From the IMG/VR virus record IMGVR_UViG_3300043466_002666: 64,000 nucleotides of DNA; one strand, written 5' to 3'. Below the pieces are notes generated by a model. It made no database searches and had not been told where the DNA came from. It worked only from the letters and a program-made list of their open reading frames with translations. This DNA is from a virus. Below, piece by piece: positions 8,630-18,923 of this stretch; positions within the stretch are counted from its first letter, which is position 1; each line of letters begins with the position of its first letter. Position numbers and translations under genes: made by a program.

Positions 8630-10291
8630 TTAAAATTTACCTTTCCCATAATCAGATGGAGCGATAAAGTCTTTAAATTGACTATTAATTCCGCCTCCTG
8701 CTGGGCCAGCTTCTCCAGATGCAGCTACATCAGGTTGTACCTGGTGATCTTGACCTGGGGGCAACATACCCTGCTGATCCATCATCATTTGATTTGGATC
8801 TTGGATAATTCCAATTTCTTTCTCTTTTTCAATTTGCATATCAATCTCTTCAATTTCATCATCAGTTTGTTTTAGAATTTGTCTACGAACATATTCTACT
8901 GAGAAATATTTACCTAAATATGGTTCAACTTGATTTACAATATTAAGTCTATCATTCAAGATTTCAGATTCTTTTAATTCATTGAAATGGTTATCAAAAA
9001 TATAATCGTATTGAATATATTCTTTCATTTCTTCCCAATCATCTGCAGTAATAATTCCTTTTAGAATTAACTGAGTTCTGAGAAGATCATGGAATAAATC
9101 ACTAAAACGCTTACGAAGTCTACCAACAAATTTAGCAAATTTAAGTTCGTCTCTAGTGATTTCGTTAGTTCTTCCGATGGTGAATGAAGATTCTTGCTCT
9201 AGTCTTGAAAGAGGAATATTAAGAGATTTGTAAAGTTTCTTCTGGAAATACTTAACGTCCTCTAGTTCTCCTAGGTTCTGTCCGCCTGGGAGTGTGGTAA
9301 TTTCTGTACCTCGACCACCTTCACGGCGAGGTAGCCAGAAGTCTTCAAGCATACTCATATGCTTTCTGTCATCTCTGATTTCACCAGTTGCAGAATCATA
9401 TACAACTTTATTTCTATATCTACCCATAACTTCACGTAGATATTGTTCTGCCTTCACTTTAGGTAGATTACCTACGTCGATATAAAAAATACGACGTTCT
9501 GGTGCTCTTGAAAGTCTGTAAATTACAAGTGAGTCTTCAATCATTCGGAGTTGATTGACAGATTTAATAGCCTTGTATAGATAACTCAAGACCATGTTTC
9601 TGTTATGATCAAATAGTCCAGAAGGAACATAAGTTACAGCATCATTAGAAATTTTGATGCCATTTGCATCAGAACCTTTGTAACCTCTTGGAAAATAAAT
9701 GTAGTATTCAATAAACTCACCGTAATCATACTTTTGACCCTCCATTGTAGTGAGAGAGTCTACGTTTTTTTGTCGTTTAATTTCTCGGACTCTTTTGATT
9801 TTTAGAGAGTCAATATATCTAAGTTCTTTGATACCTTCTTTTGGTTTATCAAAGTCAATAATTTTATGGTAATATAATCTGCCATCAATATACCAGCGAC
9901 GAAAAATATTATGGCACTTTTTATCAAAATTTAAAAGACGTAAAATATTAGAAAATTCTTCTTTAATTGATTTTTTAATTTTATCACTTGCTTGAAGAGT
10001 AGAAAGCTCTACAGATACTGGAGCATAATCCAAATCACTACTAATAGCTTCATTAATAATATCATCAATAGCACTATCAATCTCTGGATGTAATGCAATT
10101 TCTCTATATTTTCTAACCAGCTCAAATTCATTATTATGTTGGCCAACGCCATCTAGATCTAGATACTGACCAAAATAGGCACCTGCGGCGACTACCGAGG
10201 TGCCATCATCATCATTAGGAGGCGCTGGTGAAAACGCCTTGGCTGGTTTCTTCTTTCTGTCTTCAATAGAGAAACCAAATAGTTGCGTCAT
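8630..10291 (-). CDS. gp20: gp20 portal vertex protein
   Basis: LFGFSI, IYRLSRAPERRIFYIDVGNLP, MLEDFWLPRREGGRGTEITTLPGGQNLG. Confidence 0.99.
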   Translation of the reverse strand: MTQLFGFSIEDRKKKPAKAFSPAPPNDDDGTSVVAAGAYFGQYLDLDGVGQHNNEFELVRKYREIALHPEIDSAIDDIINEAISSDLDYAPVSVELSTLQASDKIKKSIKEEFSNILRLLNFDKKCHNIFRRWYIDGRLYYHKIIDFDKPKEGIKELRYIDSLKIKRVREIKRQKNVDSLTTMEGQKYDYGEFIEYYIYFPRGYKGSDANGIKISNDAVTYVPSGLFDHNRNMVLSYLYKAIKSVNQLRMIEDSLVIYRLSRAPERRIFYIDVGNLPKVKAEQYLREVMGRYRNKVVYDSATGEIRDDRKHMSMLEDFWLPRREGGRGTEITTLPGGQNLGELEDVKYFQKKLYKSLNIPLSRLEQESSFTIGRTNEITRDELKFAKFVGRLRKRFSDLFHDLLRTQLILKGIITADDWEEMKEYIQYDYIFDNHFNELKESEILNDRLNIVNQVEPYLGKYFSVEYVRRQILKQTDDEIEEIDMQIEKEKEIGIIQDPNQMMMDQQGMLPPGQDHQVQPDVAASGEAGPAGGGINSQFKDFIAPSDYGKGKF

Positions 10292-10323
10292 AATAATCCT
10301 ATAACTCTTTTATGTATTTATTA

Positions 10324-10959
10324 TCAAACTTTATCCTTGGTTACTTCAAAGAAGTTATATTGGAACTCTACAGTGAATTCTTCAATCTGATCATTTGCTT
10401 CAAATGATAAATCAATAGATGAAATTGCAGAAGGCCATGCATCATAGAATTTATATGCACGGATTGTTTCCATGCCGTCTGTTCCACCATTAGTTGAGTC
10501 TGGACCCCTGGAAGGTGTCTGACCATCTCTGCTGAGTTGGAATACTGTCATATCCACACAATATGAAGCTCCACCATCTGCACCATACCCTAACTGTGAT
10601 ACGTTTTCAGTTAAAGCATTGATTCCTCTTGACCATGTTTCAAACGCTTTACGAATTTCAAAATTACCATCATTTACTATGGTAACTGACCATGGTTCAA
10701 AAGTTCTATCTCCAGCAACTTTAAGCATTCTTCCACGGAAAGGAACTTCAATAGTTCCAATGTTTGATGCTGGGATTTGAGCAGTTTTTACAAGAAATTC
10801 AGCTTGAGTGGTTAAATTTGGTGATGAGGTTGATGCTGGACCACCAACATCCCCAATTTGATTTAGCTGAGGTGGGAAATTTAATCTAACTAGAAATAGA
10901 TTAGGTCTTGCCCCACCTTTCTTTAAATATGATTTGAAATCTGAAATACTCTTAGCCAT
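10324..10959 (-). CDS. gp19: gp19 tail tube protein
   Basis: GGARPNLF, VPFRGRMLKVAGDRTFEPW, IEEFTVEFQY. Confidence 0.97.
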   Translation of the reverse strand: MAKSISDFKSYLKKGGARPNLFLVRLNFPPQLNQIGDVGGPASTSSPNLTTQAEFLVKTAQIPASNIGTIEVPFRGRMLKVAGDRTFEPWSVTIVNDGNFEIRKAFETWSRGINALTENVSQLGYGADGGASYCVDMTVFQLSRDGQTPSRGPDSTNGGTDGMETIRAYKFYDAWPSAISSIDLSFEANDQIEEFTVEFQYNFFEVTKDKV

Positions 10960-10991
10960 TGTGTTCTCCTAGATGGTTTACGAAAAAATGA

Positions 10992-13025
10992 TTACTGAGT
11001 TAGTTCGCCAAAGGAAATGCCAGTTCTTGTAGCAACAAAGGTAATTGTGATGAAGTTGATGCTTCTTGCAGGCTTCACATAAATTTCAGCATTAAATTCA
11101 TTTCTGTCAATGACATCTGGAGTATTATTGGTTTCATCACACACCACAAGGAAATCATAGATACCTCTTCTTCCTTGAACACCTCTTAAGTAAGGTTCAA
11201 CGGCAGATTTGAAGGAACTTCTAGTTACCTCATCATTTACTTCAAACAACTGGAATTTAGAGAATCTTGCAACATTCTTTTCAAGTTCGATGAATAGTCT
11301 ACGAACATTAATTCTATTGAATGCACTAGGAGAAGATAGTGCAGTCTTATCACCAAATAAAACAATACCTTGTCCAGGGAATGAAACGATAGGATTGATT
11401 CTATTGGTATAAAGTCTGTCTCTTTCTGATTGCTTTGGTGAATATGCAAGCTTAGTTGCATTTCTCAGATTTCCTCTATTATATCCTGCAGGAGAGAACC
11501 AAGTCTCAGAATTAATAGTGGTATTGATGCAAAGACCAGCAACATCTGCTGCACATGGGACGTAACGATAAGTATCGTTGAACTTATCATAGATGTACTT
11601 ATAACCAGAGTCGAACATTGCAAATGAGCTACTTGCAATTCCACTGAAGAAATCTACAATGTTTTCAGTTTTAACAGCACTGGTAGAACTATTAATTACA
11701 TCTGATCTTCTTGGAGAAATTACAGCTACACAATCTCTTCTTGATTCTGCAATATCAATAAGCTTAGCTGCTCTATCTGGACTTATAGTTCCAGGGATTA
11801 GGAAATCAATATCATTGAAACTTTCAGAATCTCTGAATAGTTCATATCCATTGTCTATTGCAGCTGTTACATCAACTGTATCACCAGTGAAATTATAATC
11901 TGTTCCACCGCTTAAGCTAAATCCGATAACTGGAGAATTTGAACTAGAAATTGGTGAGAATACCTTATTTGAACTATTTGTTTCGCCAATCACTGCATTT
12001 GTTTGACCTTCTAAATTAATTTTAGAAGTTCCAACAAAATCAATTCCGGTTGAGTGACCTGGGAATACATACTTGGATCTTTCTGCAATTGCAGTATGGA
12101 AGTATACTAATGAACCATCTAGAGTGCTTGCATCTTTTGCTTTGGAAACAAATAGATACTTCTCAAGAATTGAATTTGGAGTACCAGTAATAATTCCATC
12201 TTCATCTAATACTACAATATGCATTTCATCAAATTTGCCGCCTTTAGAAGCAACAGAAGAAGATGTTCCTGGCTGAGGAGCAACATCTCTCCATTTTAGT
12301 CCAGATGCATACTCAAGAGTGTCGTAATAACTATTATCTGGCGCTGCACTGATTGCACCAGCTGCAATTAAAGTTACTGGGGTTCCTGCATTGTCGGTAA
12401 TGCTATATGCTGGATACCCATTGGTTGGATCATCTGAAGTTGGAATTCTCTTTGTACTATCATTTAAAATGATATGAAGAGTATTATCTGTAGTGCTTGA
12501 CTTGTAAATCCAGCCAGTTCCTACAGTAGTGCTGCCTTTTTTAATTACAATGGCATCTCCTGCTGAGACTGTAGGATCTGCACCAGTGTAAGTAATAATT
12601 TGGTCTGCACCATGATCAACTGCAACTACTTTTAAAGAATTTAATTTTGTTCCAGCAGATCTTGCTGCAAATTTAAATGCAGTTCCAGTGTAGTTATCGT
12701 AATCAAATTTACTCTTAATAATGAAAGAACTTAATCCTGCATCAGATGAAGAATTTAATACAATACTTGAACTTGTTGGTCTTACTACCGCAGCAATTCC
12801 ACCATACTGAATGATGGTTAATGCAGCAAACCAAGACTCATAGTTATCGTTATTTGGTGTACCAAATGTATCTAGCAATTCCTTTTCACTAGTAATGTAG
12901 GTTACAGTATCTACAGGACCAGTTTCTGCTGCAATTACAATTGCAGCAACATTTTGATCGGATACATTAATTGTAGGAGTTAAATCAATTTCCTTAATAG
13001 ATACTCCAGGTGAAGCAAACGCCAT
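10992..13025 (-). CDS. gp18: gp18 contractile tail sheath protein
   Basis: SPGVSIKEID, WFSPAGYNRG, RINVRRLF, VVCDETNNTP, KPARSINFI. Confidence 0.98.
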   Translation of the reverse strand: MAFASPGVSIKEIDLTPTINVSDQNVAAIVIAAETGPVDTVTYITSEKELLDTFGTPNNDNYESWFAALTIIQYGGIAAVVRPTSSSIVLNSSSDAGLSSFIIKSKFDYDNYTGTAFKFAARSAGTKLNSLKVVAVDHGADQIITYTGADPTVSAGDAIVIKKGSTTVGTGWIYKSSTTDNTLHIILNDSTKRIPTSDDPTNGYPAYSITDNAGTPVTLIAAGAISAAPDNSYYDTLEYASGLKWRDVAPQPGTSSSVASKGGKFDEMHIVVLDEDGIITGTPNSILEKYLFVSKAKDASTLDGSLVYFHTAIAERSKYVFPGHSTGIDFVGTSKINLEGQTNAVIGETNSSNKVFSPISSSNSPVIGFSLSGGTDYNFTGDTVDVTAAIDNGYELFRDSESFNDIDFLIPGTISPDRAAKLIDIAESRRDCVAVISPRRSDVINSSTSAVKTENIVDFFSGIASSSFAMFDSGYKYIYDKFNDTYRYVPCAADVAGLCINTTINSETWFSPAGYNRGNLRNATKLAYSPKQSERDRLYTNRINPIVSFPGQGIVLFGDKTALSSPSAFNRINVRRLFIELEKNVARFSKFQLFEVNDEVTRSSFKSAVEPYLRGVQGRRGIYDFLVVCDETNNTPDVIDRNEFNAEIYVKPARSINFITITFVATRTGISFGELTQ

Positions 13026-13085
13026 GTTTATTACCTCTATGAGATTTTTTTTCTCAAAACTATTTATTTATCTTTATATTTTGAA

Positions 13086-14762
13086 CTACTTATATTCCCA
13101 CATATAAGCCATATCACCATATTCATCAACATTCCACTTATCATCTGTAGCAGCAGTCCAATAATCTCCTTTAGTATCTACAAATGTAGTTTCAGTATCA
13201 GTCAAGCCATCCAATATAAAACCAAATGGAGCCATATCCTGCTCAATAGCCTCTCTTTGATCTTCAAAAATTCTTTTCCTAACATCATTTGAAGTAAGCT
13301 CCCTAAAATAAGGTTGAGTTGATAACCAAGAGAAAATTACGAGACACATTGCCAAGTCATCATTACAACCTTCCTCTGCAGAAAAAGTATCACTCTTTTG
13401 AATGAATGTAGTCAATTCACTAATAATGTCATAATCTGGAACTAAAAGTTTATCATCTTCAATCATTGCTTTTAGGTTGGCACATCCATACTTTTTAACT
13501 GCCTTGGTCATCTTCACTCCCAGTTGTGCCTTGTTGGAAAATCCAGTTCCAACTATCTGGCCAGCACGACCTTTCATTGCACACATTAGCAAGTTATCGT
13601 ACTCTAGATCAAACTGCAGGATATCTGCTACTTGACCACCGATATCATTGACCTCAACCAATATATTGGCATTATTGTAGTTTTTACCGACTGTATCTAT
13701 GATATTGGGGAAGAGGATGGGTTTTATCTCATTATTCTTGTATTTTGCTACCATTTTATAAGGGATTGTAGTGACATCCATTACCACGAAGGCAGAGTAA
13801 TCATTTCCAACTCCCCTGGCAACGTCAACGGTCATTACATAATCATGACCATCTATTGGGTCTTCATATACATCCAATCCACCACTTCGTTTTAATGGAT
13901 CTTCATAAACCATTGCACGAAGTTTATTTGGATTGATTAAAGTATCAACAGATCCTAGGAAGGTACACTCAAATTCTTGCTCAAACTGTCGTTGAGAAGT
14001 GTTTGCAATAGTTTCTTCTTTCCACTTCTGGTCTCTTCCTGGAACATCCCACCAGTTAACTTCCAATGGTGTGTAACTGTTCTTTCCTCGTTCTGCATCG
14101 TGCCAGAACTTATAGAACATGTTCATTCCATTTGGAGTGGAAATGATAATTACTTTAGTAGTTTTACCAGATGAAATAGTAGGGTATACAGAACTAAAAA
14201 ACTGTTCTGCAATGTGGTTCGGAATGAACGCAAATTCGTCCAGGAAGATGATGTTGAATGAGTTTCCTCGGACAGCAGATGATGAAGTAGAAGCAGCAAT
14301 AATCTTGGATCCGTTCTCTAGCTCCAGTGATCCACGGTTCCAAGAACCCACGCCCTGCTGTAACCATTTAGGTAAGTTTTCGTATGATAACTGCAATCTG
14401 GATAGAAGTTCCCTTGAGGTCTCTGCTTTGTTTGCAAGAATTGCGATTTTTACGTTGGGGTTGAACAAAGCATAATGTAACAGGTAGGAAACAACCGTAG
14501 TTGATTTTCCAGTCTGTCTTGGAAGCTTTGCGATATTAAATCTATGCTTATGGAAATTGTCAATCAATTTTTCTTGGAAGTCCCACATTTTAAATGGGAC
14601 TAGACCTTCATCAAGAGAAACAATTTTGATGTACTTTTTTGCAAAGTAAATTGGATCTTCTTGACATGTCAAATACTCTTCTAACTGTTCAGAAGTAAAT
14701 TGTATTTGTACGTTAGAAGGTTTGAGGTTAGGATTACCTTTATAACTAGATCTTTCACTCAT
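13086..14762 (-). CDS. gp17: gp17 terminase large subunit
   Basis: YKGNPNLK, RQTGKSTT Walker A, IFLDEFAF Walker B, ISTPNG, DVARG nuclease motif, DDLAM. Confidence 0.98.
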   Translation of the reverse strand: MSERSSYKGNPNLKPSNVQIQFTSEQLEEYLTCQEDPIYFAKKYIKIVSLDEGLVPFKMWDFQEKLIDNFHKHRFNIAKLPRQTGKSTTVVSYLLHYALFNPNVKIAILANKAETSRELLSRLQLSYENLPKWLQQGVGSWNRGSLELENGSKIIAASTSSSAVRGNSFNIIFLDEFAFIPNHIAEQFFSSVYPTISSGKTTKVIIISTPNGMNMFYKFWHDAERGKNSYTPLEVNWWDVPGRDQKWKEETIANTSQRQFEQEFECTFLGSVDTLINPNKLRAMVYEDPLKRSGGLDVYEDPIDGHDYVMTVDVARGVGNDYSAFVVMDVTTIPYKMVAKYKNNEIKPILFPNIIDTVGKNYNNANILVEVNDIGGQVADILQFDLEYDNLLMCAMKGRAGQIVGTGFSNKAQLGVKMTKAVKKYGCANLKAMIEDDKLLVPDYDIISELTTFIQKSDTFSAEEGCNDDLAMCLVIFSWLSTQPYFRELTSNDVRKRIFEDQREAIEQDMAPFGFILDGLTDTETTFVDTKGDYWTAATDDKWNVDEYGDMAYMWEYK

Positions 14763-14768
14763 AGTAAA

Positions 14769-15770
14769 TTATTTTAATTTTGGTTTTCGCCAATCGGGAC
14801 CTTTTAATTTTGCTTTTGCTGCAGATTGTTCTCCTGCACTTGTTGTTCTATCTGCAAGATTTCTAATTTTTGCTTGTCTTCTAGCAGAACTATGTCCAGA
14901 ACCAATTTGAAAACTTACATTATCTGCTTCATTCATAAACTGAGAGAAAGACTTTGATTCACCTCTTAGTTGACGATAATGAGCTTTTAATTCTGCTCCG
15001 CCAGAAGATTTAGCACCTTTGAGCCAAGGATCTTCATCTGAATCATTTGACTTACTAACTGGTTTGGTGCTTGATTTATACTTAACTTTTGACGAAGTTG
15101 GTTTGCGAGGCATATAGACTTTTCCGCCACTTGCAGTTCTCTCACCAGTATCTACTCTATTCTTCAATCTATCTACAATTCTGCTAAGCACTCCTTCATC
15201 AATTTTCTCATCTGATGCCAGATATTCTGCAGCAGTATCTACAAAGTCTGCAGCTCGTGTAATTTTTGATTGTACCCATGCAGGAAGTTGTTGATCAGAT
15301 TTGCGAATAATTCTGCGAAGCATAGCAATAGATCTTTCCATCTGATCCAATTCAAGCCTTGCCATATACCCTTCATGGTCTTTAATCTTTCCACTATTAA
15401 TTTCTTTATGATCTTCTTGCATGTTCAAAAGACTGGTATTCATTTCCCATGCGCTTGGACCATATGAACATTGTGATTTAGTTTCTTTCTTTTCACAAAG
15501 ATGACAATAACGAACTTCTTGTTTCTCTTCTTTGACGGATTTTTTTCCATCTTTCCATTGAGACTTTAATTGCTTTTCCATTTTTAGTAAATGCTTGTAA
15601 TAGTTAGGAAACTCAGCAATATGTTGGAGAGCAATTCCGTAAGCCTCTTCATGAGTAGTTACGTGCTCTCTTTCTACAGTAGAACCAACTTCTGCCTGTC
15701 TAATAACGTAATCAACAGATACACCATGTTTCTTGGCGATTTCTTGTTCTGTAGGAACTTTCTTTTTCAT
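14769..15770 (-). CDS. multi-module hypothetical virion (probable internal head) protein; likely start MKKKVPT at 15770
   Basis: Modules EREH...IALQHIAEFPNYY, CxxC and LPAWVQSKIT, separated by Glu-ending linkers; KSFSQFMNE motif. Confidence 0.7.
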   Translation of the reverse strand: MKKKVPTEQEIAKKHGVSVDYVIRQAEVGSTVEREHVTTHEEAYGIALQHIAEFPNYYKHLLKMEKQLKSQWKDGKKSVKEEKQEVRYCHLCEKKETKSQCSYGPSAWEMNTSLLNMQEDHKEINSGKIKDHEGYMARLELDQMERSIAMLRRIIRKSDQQLPAWVQSKITRAADFVDTAAEYLASDEKIDEGVLSRIVDRLKNRVDTGERTASGGKVYMPRKPTSSKVKYKSSTKPVSKSNDSDEDPWLKGAKSSGGAELKAHYRQLRGESKSFSQFMNEADNVSFQIGSGHSSARRQAKIRNLADRTTSAGEQSAAKAKLKGPDWRKPKLK

Positions 15771-17134
15771 TAGTAAATCTCCCTCCACTGAAGACCTGCT
15801 CTGATTGTTCCAGCGTTATTACCCATGTTCGTTACCAATACAACATATACTTCAGATGAACTTGAGTCAAAATTTTGAACGATAATGTTTTTCTTTGCTG
15901 CTGAAATAGAACCTGTTGAAGCAGATCCTAAAGAGTTTTGTGAAGAACCAGCAGTTACATAACCACCAAATAAGACATCACGATTTGCTGCTGTATAACC
16001 AGTAGCACCTACAGAATATTGAACGCCACTATCAGCATCAACATCGGTCCAAGTAAGTGTTCCTGCCAAACTTGCTTCGCTAGGTAGTTTAGCAATTTGA
16101 AATGCCATCGTTTCGCCAGTTGGATACAGAGCAATATTATTCAACTTGACAGAAATTCTGTTTGGATAAGATTGGAATGTATTTTTCAAACGAATTGCTA
16201 ATACTGGTAGAGTGGCAGCTGCTCCAACTGCTCTTGATGCTGTCATCAAATGCATAAAGTCAATACCACTTTCTGTGTATCCACCTTCTGACATTACAGT
16301 AGAACAAATCTGATCCATCGAACCACCAGAAGTTGTGCCTGTGTTTAGGATCTCACATCTTACTGGGAGGTTTGGATTAGACATATAAACTTCTGATAGC
16401 ACATTAGAGCAGTAGTATTCATGTGCTAAAATGATCTGACCAGCATGAACAAATCCACAACGAACTCTACCAACTCCAAGCCACTGAAAGTCAATATAAA
16501 CCAGTTGAGTTTTTGAAGTATTGATGTTGAACTTGGAAGGACCAGTTCCATCACAAGGATCAATATTCCATTCTGATTGAGGAACTCTTCTCTTGTAGTC
16601 TCCTACTGTTGCTTCACTAGCACTGCCGCCAGCATAGGAACGAATTACAAAATTGAGTGTACCATTTGTTGTGCCGTTGGAAGTTCCATTTCCAACTTGC
16701 TCAAAGTAAATGCCATCTCTGTCATCAAAGTATCCAGTTCTCTTGGTTACATTCTGCTGGGCGTAACCAAAGCATACCGAACTAAAGATAACCTGTGATT
16801 TACCTGGCTGGTAATGATGATAGAACTTTGTTTGATGGGAGGCACTAGAAGCAACATTAGATGTTGTTGTCATCGTAGCACATGCTTTATTCACGTCATA
16901 TTGAATGTTCCCACCATTCAATGTTCTATCGTTGAAGTTAGGATCAATAGCATAGAGATGCTTATAATCACCGAGAGTGAATGTCTCGGCAACTCTCAAA
17001 CGACCAAAAGCATCATTAGCAGTTGCACCAGTACCAGTAGTAAGATTGCCGAAGTTATCGGCAAGCATCACTACTTCATACTCATCATTATTATCACTAG
17101 CTAGTGATTGGTCTGAACGGTAAAACTTTGCCAT
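15770..17134 (-). CDS. hypothetical virion structural protein (beta-rich)
   Basis: 454 aa, DAFGRLRV, DFQWLGVGRVR; within the late module. Confidence 0.75.
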   Translation of the reverse strand: MAKFYRSDQSLASDNNDEYEVVMLADNFGNLTTGTGATANDAFGRLRVAETFTLGDYKHLYAIDPNFNDRTLNGGNIQYDVNKACATMTTTSNVASSASHQTKFYHHYQPGKSQVIFSSVCFGYAQQNVTKRTGYFDDRDGIYFEQVGNGTSNGTTNGTLNFVIRSYAGGSASEATVGDYKRRVPQSEWNIDPCDGTGPSKFNINTSKTQLVYIDFQWLGVGRVRCGFVHAGQIILAHEYYCSNVLSEVYMSNPNLPVRCEILNTGTTSGGSMDQICSTVMSEGGYTESGIDFMHLMTASRAVGAAATLPVLAIRLKNTFQSYPNRISVKLNNIALYPTGETMAFQIAKLPSEASLAGTLTWTDVDADSGVQYSVGATGYTAANRDVLFGGYVTAGSSQNSLGSASTGSISAAKKNIIVQNFDSSSSEVYVVLVTNMGNNAGTIRAGLQWREIY

Positions 17135-17137
17135 CTA

Positions 17138-17686
17138 TCAACCACCAACAATTTGAATTTCTGTTGCATATACTTTAGCACCACCACTTCCAGCAATTGT
17201 AGCATACTTAAAACTATTATTTAGAGTGGCCGTTCCAGTAAAATCAGCATAACCAGAAGAATTAAGAGCAACCGAAATTGAAGTATCTGTTACTGCAGTT
17301 ACTGCTAGGTGTGCAACGCCAGTATTATATGCAGCAACCGAAGAACCAGTTAGAGTAACATAATCACCAACAACAAACGAATGTGCTGGACGACCAACAT
17401 CTTGTCTCATATTTAGAACAGTTGTACTCGCACCCTTAGTAATACTAGCAATAGCAGCTCTTTTTACAGAAGCAACCTTGACTACAATCTCATACCCATC
17501 ATGGATGTAAAGTGTGCTGTTTGCTGCTAGAGGGTTTCCTCCCCATGCAATTCTTGCTGGACCTTTTGCAATATCAGCAATAAAACGAATTACACCACTA
17601 TTGACGATAAATGCAGTAGATTGAGTATCTGTAGTATCTGTAGTATCTACTATAGGTAAATCTTGTACAACTTTAATGACTGACAT
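17138..17686 (-). CDS. hypothetical virion structural protein
   Basis: 182 aa, rich in small residues; between gp16 and gp17. Confidence 0.75.
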   Translation of the reverse strand: MSVIKVVQDLPIVDTTDTTDTQSTAFIVNSGVIRFIADIAKGPARIAWGGNPLAANSTLYIHDGYEIVVKVASVKRAAIASITKGASTTVLNMRQDVGRPAHSFVVGDYVTLTGSSVAAYNTGVAHLAVTAVTDTSISVALNSSGYADFTGTATLNNSFKYATIAGSGGAKVYATEIQIVGG

Positions 17687-17706
17687 TTAAATTCTCCGAA
17701 TTGTTA

Positions 17707-18123
17707 TCATTCTTCCGTATTATTTATTTTGGATTGTTTTAGAAACTTTTGAAGTTCTGCGGTGCTTCCGATAAACATTGTATTGTTTACAGTAGATGGA
17801 CCTTTTCTGGAAGGAGTATCTTCTTCAATGGTCTTCATTTTTTTCTGAAGATCAATTAATTTGTCAGTCATATCAGCAATATTTTTGATGCCTTGGAAAG
17901 CAACTTCATATGCTCTTGGATGATCACTATTTCTAGCTACATCCATGATGCCATCAATCGCTTCCTGACCCTTTCCAATTAAATTATATAATTGTTCTCT
18001 ACTATATTCATAATCTTTTTCAATATCTTTTATATCATCTTCAAGTTTTACAATTTCTGTTTCGGAAACTGTATCTTGAGGGACAATATTAAAAGCGTCA
18101 TCTAATTTATCGAATGTTGACAT
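17707..18123 (-). CDS. gp16: gp16 terminase small subunit
   Basis: DYEYSRE, HPRAYEV, NNTMFIGSTAELQKFLK. Confidence 0.94.
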   Translation of the reverse strand: MSTFDKLDDAFNIVPQDTVSETEIVKLEDDIKDIEKDYEYSREQLYNLIGKGQEAIDGIMDVARNSDHPRAYEVAFQGIKNIADMTDKLIDLQKKMKTIEEDTPSRKGPSTVNNTMFIGSTAELQKFLKQSKINNTEE

Positions 18124-18125
18124 GA

Positions 18126-18923
18126 TTATTCAGTCCAAAGTTCATTAAATCCAAAATCATCATCTGCTTCTACTAAAGCATCATCTAGAGTATTAATAAC
18201 TCCATCGTTATTATTATCTTCTAATGCTTTTGGAGTTACACTATATGTCACATATCTGTTGGCGTTAATTGCAGTACCAATATCAACATTGACCTTTTTG
18301 ATTATATCTGAAGTTGTAATTGGTCCGTAAATATATGACTTTGCAGTAAATGTTAGAGTGTAAATAATAGTTCTTCTGACAGTAAAATCTCCTTCATAAT
18401 CATCTTGAATAGTTACACCATTTAGTAAAATTGGAATATCTTTTTTCTCATCTGTCTCTGCGACCATATTGATCGTAATTGAAAAATATGGCTGAAAGAA
18501 AGGTAAAATTTGTTCTAAAATTTGAACAGCATCGTCGTTATTTTTGCTGATGATAGCAAGCTCAAAATCTAAATTATATGGAACTGGCATATAATGTGAA
18601 TATGATATATCAGTTTCTCCATTCTTTGGAGTTCTGCATACCTGAGTTGGTCCTAACTTTCTTGAGGGATCATATGTGATTCCTTTTAACTCAAACGCAA
18701 TTCTAGGTAGCTGAATCTGAGTAGGTCTTCGTTGATCTAAATCTGGTTCTGCTTCTACTCTTGCTAAAAATTTCTCAACAGGACCATATGCAAAAGGAAC
18801 TTTAATGGATTGCTTAACAACTCCATCTTTGTCTTTTCTTCTGAGTTCTATATTATTAAATAGAGTGCCAAATCCAATAATTGTTTTACGAATTGATTCG
18901 TTATAAAAATGTGTGCCTAACAT
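18126..18923 (-). CDS. gp15: gp15 tail sheath stabiliser / tail terminator
   Basis: FYNESIRKTIIGFGTLFN, VPFAYGP, PVPYNL, QILEQILPFFQP. Confidence 0.95.
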   Translation of the reverse strand: MLGTHFYNESIRKTIIGFGTLFNNIELRRKDKDGVVKQSIKVPFAYGPVEKFLARVEAEPDLDQRRPTQIQLPRIAFELKGITYDPSRKLGPTQVCRTPKNGETDISYSHYMPVPYNLDFELAIISKNNDDAVQILEQILPFFQPYFSITINMVAETDEKKDIPILLNGVTIQDDYEGDFTVRRTIIYTLTFTAKSYIYGPITTSDIIKKVNVDIGTAINANRYVTYSVTPKALEDNNNDGVINTLDDALVEADDDFGFNELWTE

